From an uncultured Actinomycetota bacterium (GTDB lineage: Bacteria; Actinomycetota; Actinomycetes; UBA12327): 64,000 nucleotides of DNA. The stretch is from contig CAWKKI010000011.1 of NCBI GenBank assembly GCA_963850215.1, positions 219,776-283,775 on the forward strand, read 5' to 3'. Shown piece after piece: positions 59,587 to 64,000 of this stretch (positions are counted from its first letter, which is position 1; each line of letters opens with the position of its first letter). A program made the translations under genes and the position numbers. The notes under the pieces are model-generated. The model saw nothing but the letters and a program-made list of their open reading frames with translations. It was not told the DNA's origin and did not search any database.

Positions 59587-62172
59587 TCAGTGAGAGGCGA
59601 TGTCGAAGGCGCGCGCCTTCAACGCCCGCACCACACCGTCGCGACCTTCGCCCACAAGTCGTCGAACCGGCGCGGCCAGCCCGTCACGAGCCAAGAAGTC
59701 CTCGGTCAGCCGCACGGTTGCCTCCTCGATCACGACCGATGGGTAGAGGCCCACGAGGATGTTGCTGGCCATCTCATTCGAGTGAGTGCTCCACGCCTGG
59801 TCCGCAACGTCGAGGTAGCGCGTCACGTAGGGCCGGATGAGATCTACGTGATCGAAACTCATAAAGCCCATGATGGTCGCCAGTTGCAAGGCGTTCGGGA
59901 GGTCGGCGGTCTCCATCACATCGCGCCACGCCTCAGCCTTGGCCTCGGCGGTCGGGCGGGATGCGCGGGCGACCGCCGCGTGTCGCGCTCCAGTCGCAGT
60001 GTTGTCGCGGGCGAGCTCGGCGTCGATCTCTTCCGTGCCTGCGTGGCCGGTGGCAACGAGTCGCTGCAACAACGCCCAGCGCATGTCCGTGTCGATCGCA
60101 AGGCCTTCGATGCCGTGCGAGCCGTCGAGCAACGCCCGCACCAGAGACACATGCACGTCGTCCTTGGCGGCTGATACGAACATCCGCGCGAACACGAGCT
60201 GCTCGTCTGTCCCGGGCTTTGCCCGCGACAGCATCTCCTGGGTCGCGACCGCGTACTCGCGCATGCCTTGGTCGCGCCACGCGGGGTCAGCGAAGGTGTT
60301 CAACGAGATATGGGCCTGACGCAGATTCTGTTGCACCGCCGCGATCGACGTCTCGCGCTCCACCGCGCCAAGAACGAGCTTCTGATAGTCGTGCGCTGAC
60401 ATCTCGCCGTCGCGCAGCATGTCCCAGGCCGCGCTCCAACAAAGGGCCCGTGCCAACGAGTCGTCGAACTCGCCGAGGTGATCGCGCATCGTCTGCAGCG
60501 AACGCTTGTCCAGCCGTACCTTTGCGAAGGTGAGGTCCCCGTCGTTGAGCAGCAGCAGGTCTGGCTGCTTCATCCCGATCAGGTCGTCGACCTGCGTCAA
60601 CTCGCCAACCACGTCGATCTCTAGCTGACTGCGGCGGCGCATGCCGTCGGCCGCGCGGTCATACAGGCCGACCCCGATCCGGTGCGGCCGTAGGACGGGC
60701 GGCAGGCCTGCCGGCTCGCTCGGCGGCAGCTGCTTGACCGCCATCGAGGCGAAAGTCCCGTCATCGTTGAGGGTGAACTCGGGACGCAACTCGTTGACAC
60801 CCGCAGTCTCCAACCAGGCCGCCGACCACTCCGACAGATCCCGCCCGGACGCGGCCGACAGCTCGGTGAGCAGGTCGATCAGTTCGGTGTTGCCCCACGC
60901 GTGCTTGGCGAAATAGGCACGCAGGCCAGCGATGAACTCCTTCTCACCGACCCAGGCCACAAGCTGTCGCAGCGCTGACGCGCCCTTGGCGTAGGTGATG
61001 CCATCGAAGTTGACCCGCACCGACTCGATGTCTGGCATTTCGCTGGCGATCGGGTGAGTGGATGACAACTGGTCCTGTCGATACGCCCAACCCTTGCGAG
61101 TCTGCGCGAAGTTCGTCCAGGCTTCCGTGAATCGGGTCGCGTTGGAGTTCGCGTAGGTGGACGCCCACTCAGCGAAGGACTCGTTGAGCCACAAGTCATT
61201 CCACCAGCGCATCGTCACGAGGTCGCCGAACCACATGTGCGCCATCTCATGCAGGATCGTGTTGGAGCGGCTCTCGTACGCGTAGTCCGTCACGCGACTG
61301 CGAAAGATCAAGTCCTCGTGGAAGGTCACACAACCGGCGTTCTCCATCGCGCCGGCGTTGTACTCAGGCACGAAGAGCTGGTCGTACTTCCCGAACGGGT
61401 AGGGCAGCGCGAAACTCTCCTCGAAGAACGCGAAGCCCTCATGTGTCGAAGTGAAGATGTCGTCGGGATCGAGGTACTCGGCCAAGGACTGCCGACAGAA
61501 GATGCCCAACGGGTAGGTGCCGTGCGGTCCGGCGTACTCGCTCCGGACCACGTGGTACTCACCGGCCACGAGAGCCGTGATGTAAGTGGACATGCGCTTC
61601 GTCTCGGCGAATGTCCAGCGCGCGACGTCATCCCTGACCGCGACTGGATCCGGTGTTGGGGAGTTGGACACGACCTGCCAGGAGGCCGGCGCGGTCACGT
61701 CGAAGACGTAGGTGGCCTTGAGGTCCGGCTGGTCGAAGCACGCGTACATGCGACGCGCATCGGTCGACTCGAACTGGGTGTAGAGGTACGCGCGCCCGTC
61801 AACCGGGTCCACGAAACGGTGCAGGCCCTCGCCAGTGCGTGAGTACGGCGCCCGAGCAACGATCTCGACAACGTTGTCAGCGGCAAGTCCGTCCAGGTAC
61901 ACGCGAGTGCCGTCGTAGCCACCGTCGACTTCAGTGCCGTTGAGGGTGACAGAGGAGACCTCGGCGCCGAGCAGGTCGATGAACGTCGAGGCTCCCGGCT
62001 GTGTGCTCGAGAACTTGATCTTGCTCGTTGTCGCGAAGTGAGTATTCGTGAGGCGCGTATTCGAACCGGCAGGGTCCGAGTCGGTCAGGTCGAGATTCAC
62101 GAAATACGTGTCGACCGTGATCAGATTCGCTCGCTCACGCGCTTCTTCGCGGGACAGATTGCTGCCAGGCAC
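59587..62172 (-). CDS. pepN: Aminopeptidase N (M1 family)
   Basis: 861 aa. It carries GAMEN and HEMAHMWFGDLVTMRWWNDLWLNESFAE (HExxH-18-E). GGAGG lies upstream of GTG 62172. Confidence 0.95.
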   Translation of the reverse strand: MPGSNLSREEARERANLITVDTYFVNLDLTDSDPAGSNTRLTNTHFATTSKIKFSSTQPGASTFIDLLGAEVSSVTLNGTEVDGGYDGTRVYLDGLAADNVVEIVARAPYSRTGEGLHRFVDPVDGRAYLYTQFESTDARRMYACFDQPDLKATYVFDVTAPASWQVVSNSPTPDPVAVRDDVARWTFAETKRMSTYITALVAGEYHVVRSEYAGPHGTYPLGIFCRQSLAEYLDPDDIFTSTHEGFAFFEESFALPYPFGKYDQLFVPEYNAGAMENAGCVTFHEDLIFRSRVTDYAYESRSNTILHEMAHMWFGDLVTMRWWNDLWLNESFAEWASTYANSNATRFTEAWTNFAQTRKGWAYRQDQLSSTHPIASEMPDIESVRVNFDGITYAKGASALRQLVAWVGEKEFIAGLRAYFAKHAWGNTELIDLLTELSAASGRDLSEWSAAWLETAGVNELRPEFTLNDDGTFASMAVKQLPPSEPAGLPPVLRPHRIGVGLYDRAADGMRRRSQLEIDVVGELTQVDDLIGMKQPDLLLLNDGDLTFAKVRLDKRSLQTMRDHLGEFDDSLARALCWSAAWDMLRDGEMSAHDYQKLVLGAVERETSIAAVQQNLRQAHISLNTFADPAWRDQGMREYAVATQEMLSRAKPGTDEQLVFARMFVSAAKDDVHVSLVRALLDGSHGIEGLAIDTDMRWALLQRLVATGHAGTEEIDAELARDNTATGARHAAVARASRPTAEAKAEAWRDVMETADLPNALQLATIMGFMSFDHVDLIRPYVTRYLDVADQAWSTHSNEMASNILVGLYPSVVIEEATVRLTEDFLARDGLAAPVRRLVGEGRDGVVRALKARAFDIASH

Positions 62173-62248
62173 GGGTAATCCTCCTGAAGATTCGTCGCGT
62201 CATCCTGCCACGACGGAGGCACCCCGTTGCTCAGGTGACAATGGAGAC

Positions 62249-62923
62249 ATGCCCATTGAAAACCTCGTGTCGGCCGCCAAACTGCCAGCCGCAGCCTCCG
62301 ATGCGCCCTCCGAGCAGCGAGGCACCACAGTCGACTTCTGGTTCGACCCCGCCTGCCCGTGGGCCTGGTTGACCTCGCGCTGGATCCTCGAAGTCGCGAG
62401 CGTTCGACCCGTTGAGCCGTACTTCCGGATCATGAGTCTGGCGGTCCTCAACGACGCGAAGGACCTCACGCCCGAGTACCGCGAGTTCATGCAACGCGGC
62501 TGGCAGGCCACTCGGCTGTTCGCGGCAATCGCGCGCGACCACGGACAGGAGGCTGTCGCAGACGCCTACACGGCCTACGGGAATCGTCGGCACGGCCATC
62601 GCGAGGAGGTCGACCACGACTTTTTCGTCAATGTCATTGCCGATGCCGGACTACCCGCTGCGTTGATCGATCGCATCGACGACGCCTCGCTTGAGACCCT
62701 GGTGCGCGAGTCGCACGATGCTGGAATGGGATTGGTCGGCGACGAGGTCGGGACGCCGATCATTTCGTTCAACGGATACGCAACCTTCGGGCCGATCGTG
62801 TCGCGAGTGCCCAACGCAGAGCAGGCCGGGGTGCTGTGGGATGCGCTGGAGATGATGTCGACGGTGCCCTTCCTCTTCGAGATCAAGAAGACCCGAACTG
62901 AGGACCCGCAGACGAGGCTCTGA
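62249..62923 (+). CDS. DsbA-like thioredoxin-fold reductase, homologue of the mycothiol-dependent Rv2466c type, with a CPWA motif instead of CPWC
   Basis: ORF 62048..62923 was trimmed to ATG 62249. It carries DFWFDPACPWAWLTSRWILEV and FLFEIKKTRTEDPQ. It lies adjacent to pepN as in mycobacteria. Confidence 0.85.
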   Translation: MPIENLVSAAKLPAAASDAPSEQRGTTVDFWFDPACPWAWLTSRWILEVASVRPVEPYFRIMSLAVLNDAKDLTPEYREFMQRGWQATRLFAAIARDHGQEAVADAYTAYGNRRHGHREEVDHDFFVNVIADAGLPAALIDRIDDASLETLVRESHDAGMGLVGDEVGTPIISFNGYATFGPIVSRVPNAEQAGVLWDALEMMSTVPFLFEIKKTRTEDPQTRL

Positions 62924-62956
62924 CGCCCGCCCAACCGGCTCTGACACACTGCGCGC

Positions 62957-63433
62957 ATGCGCGTTCACGTGGGCGGCGATCACGCGGCATTCGACCTCAA
63001 GCTCGTCATCGTTGCGTACCTGCGCGCGCAGGGGCACGAGGTTGTTGACCATGGTGCGCACGTCGATGATCCGCAGGACGACTACCCGGCGTTCTGCCTA
63101 CGCACCGGTGAAGCAGTCGCCAACGATCCCGGCAGCCTCGGCATCGTCCTTGGTGGTTCGGGCAACGGTGAGCAGATCGCAGCGAACAAGGTGAAGGGTG
63201 TCCGCGCGGCGCTTGCTTGGAGCCTCGACACCGCGCGACTCGCGCGCGAGCACAACAACGCCAACATCGTCGGCATCGGCGCGCGCCAGCATGAGGAGGC
63301 GGTTGCGTTGCAAATCGTTCAGGCGTTTGTCACCGAGCCGTTCAGCGAGGGCGACCGACACAAACGCCGGATCGCGATGATCAGCCAGTACGAGGCCGAC
63401 GGCACGCTGCCGCCCCTGCCCGCCGGCGACTGA
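62957..63433 (+). CDS. rpiB: Ribose-5-phosphate isomerase B
   Basis: 158 aa. It carries MRVHVGGDHAAFDLK, LGGSGNGEQIAANKVKGVRAA and NANIVGIGAR. Confidence 0.9.
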   Translation: MRVHVGGDHAAFDLKLVIVAYLRAQGHEVVDHGAHVDDPQDDYPAFCLRTGEAVANDPGSLGIVLGGSGNGEQIAANKVKGVRAALAWSLDTARLAREHNNANIVGIGARQHEEAVALQIVQAFVTEPFSEGDRHKRRIAMISQYEADGTLPPLPAGD

Positions 63434-63456
63434 CGTAGGCCAAGCGTCCCAACGCC

Positions 63457-64000
63457 TTACGACAAGCGCACGGGTTCGCTGATCGTGAGCCGGATGTGGT
63501 TGGCCGACTCGGCCCCGATCAGCCCCTCCAGCAGGGACCAGACCTCGTCACTCGACGGGTCGAAGAGCGTCGAACGATGGTGCGCATCGCGGGCAACCAG
63601 ACCGTCGGGATCGAGGCTGACGGGCAAGGCAGCGCCTTGCGCAAGTTCGAACCAGTGCTCCAGGTAGGCATACATCGCATCGGCCAGGTCGGGCAGTTGG
63701 GCGCTGGGCGCGGTCGCGCCGAGGATCCACGGCGAGCACAGTGCCTTGAGCCGCGGGGGTAGCTGGATTGCCCTAGCGCCATCGAGGGCAAGTGCCTGAT
63801 TCAACGTGTCGGTGAGTGGCGCATAGACGCTGTCGAGGTACTTCGTCTCGGTGACCAGGTCAACGCGCGGCATCAGATCGACATTGATGAAGACCCCCTC
63901 GGGGATGTTCGCGACATCGCTCGTGAAGTGCGGCACCGGCGTCGCTGCGTCGGCGAAGACGTGCGTCATGGTGGAGTCGATGCCGATCGCGGGGATAGAC
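63457..64000 (-). CDS. Second bilin-reductase-like (FDBR/RCCR-like) paralogue, with its 5' end outside the window
   Basis: The frame stays open upstream of the listed ATG 63969 (..SIPAIGIDSTMTHVFADAATPVPHFTSDV). The sequence is collinear with the C-terminal domain of 43603..45267. For example, RDAHHRSTLFDPSSDEVWSLLEGLIG matches RDRRNRAAMFSPRTNPVWGFLDRIVG. Confidence 0.65.
   Translation of the reverse strand, partial: SIPAIGIDSTMTHVFADAATPVPHFTSDVANIPEGVFINVDLMPRVDLVTETKYLDSVYAPLTDTLNQALALDGARAIQLPPRLKALCSPWILGATAPSAQLPDLADAMYAYLEHWFELAQGAALPVSLDPDGLVARDAHHRSTLFDPSSDEVWSLLEGLIGAESANHIRLTISEPVRLS

Overview
High-GC actinobacterial (Actinomycetota) chromosomal window, densely coding on both strands. 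No rRNA, CRISPR array, transposase or integrase was recognised. The backbone is housekeeping. It includes rph-rdgB, four tRNAs (Leu-UAG, Lys-CUU, His-GUG, Arg-UCU), orn, dipZ, ssb-ettA, glbO and a pepN / Rv2466c-like DsbA / rpiB block with Mycobacterium-like synteny. It also includes a YcnI-CopC-CopD/CtaG copper cluster, a NiCoT nickel/cobalt permease, two tandem Bcp peroxiredoxins, two MarR-linked units and several MFS/ABC transporters. The standout is 4.8-21.0 kb. There pstC-pstA is separated from pstB by nine tightly coupled same-strand genes that all encode secreted or anchored proteins. These are three PstS/PBP-like binders, a WxL-like protein, a DUF916-like protein, four paralogues sharing an unassigned ~125-aa N-terminal domain, one LPXTG substrate and a sortase homologue with no cysteine. 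I read this as a previously undescribed cell-surface module wired into a phosphate ABC importer. The same operon carries three reading-frame breaks, one in the PstS-like gene and two compensating ones in pstB. Secondary accessory loci are: (a) a MarR-linked pair combining flavin reductase + PCP_red domains with an NAD(P)-binding/bilin-reductase-like fusion, with a second bilin-reductase-like paralogue at the window edge; (b) a 1,025-aa NHL/FN3 surface protein with near-identical internal DNA repeats next to tRNA-Lys; (c) an orphan b6-type cytochrome b with an unknown partner. All family assignments rest on motif recognition by eye in the supplied translations. No database search was run.
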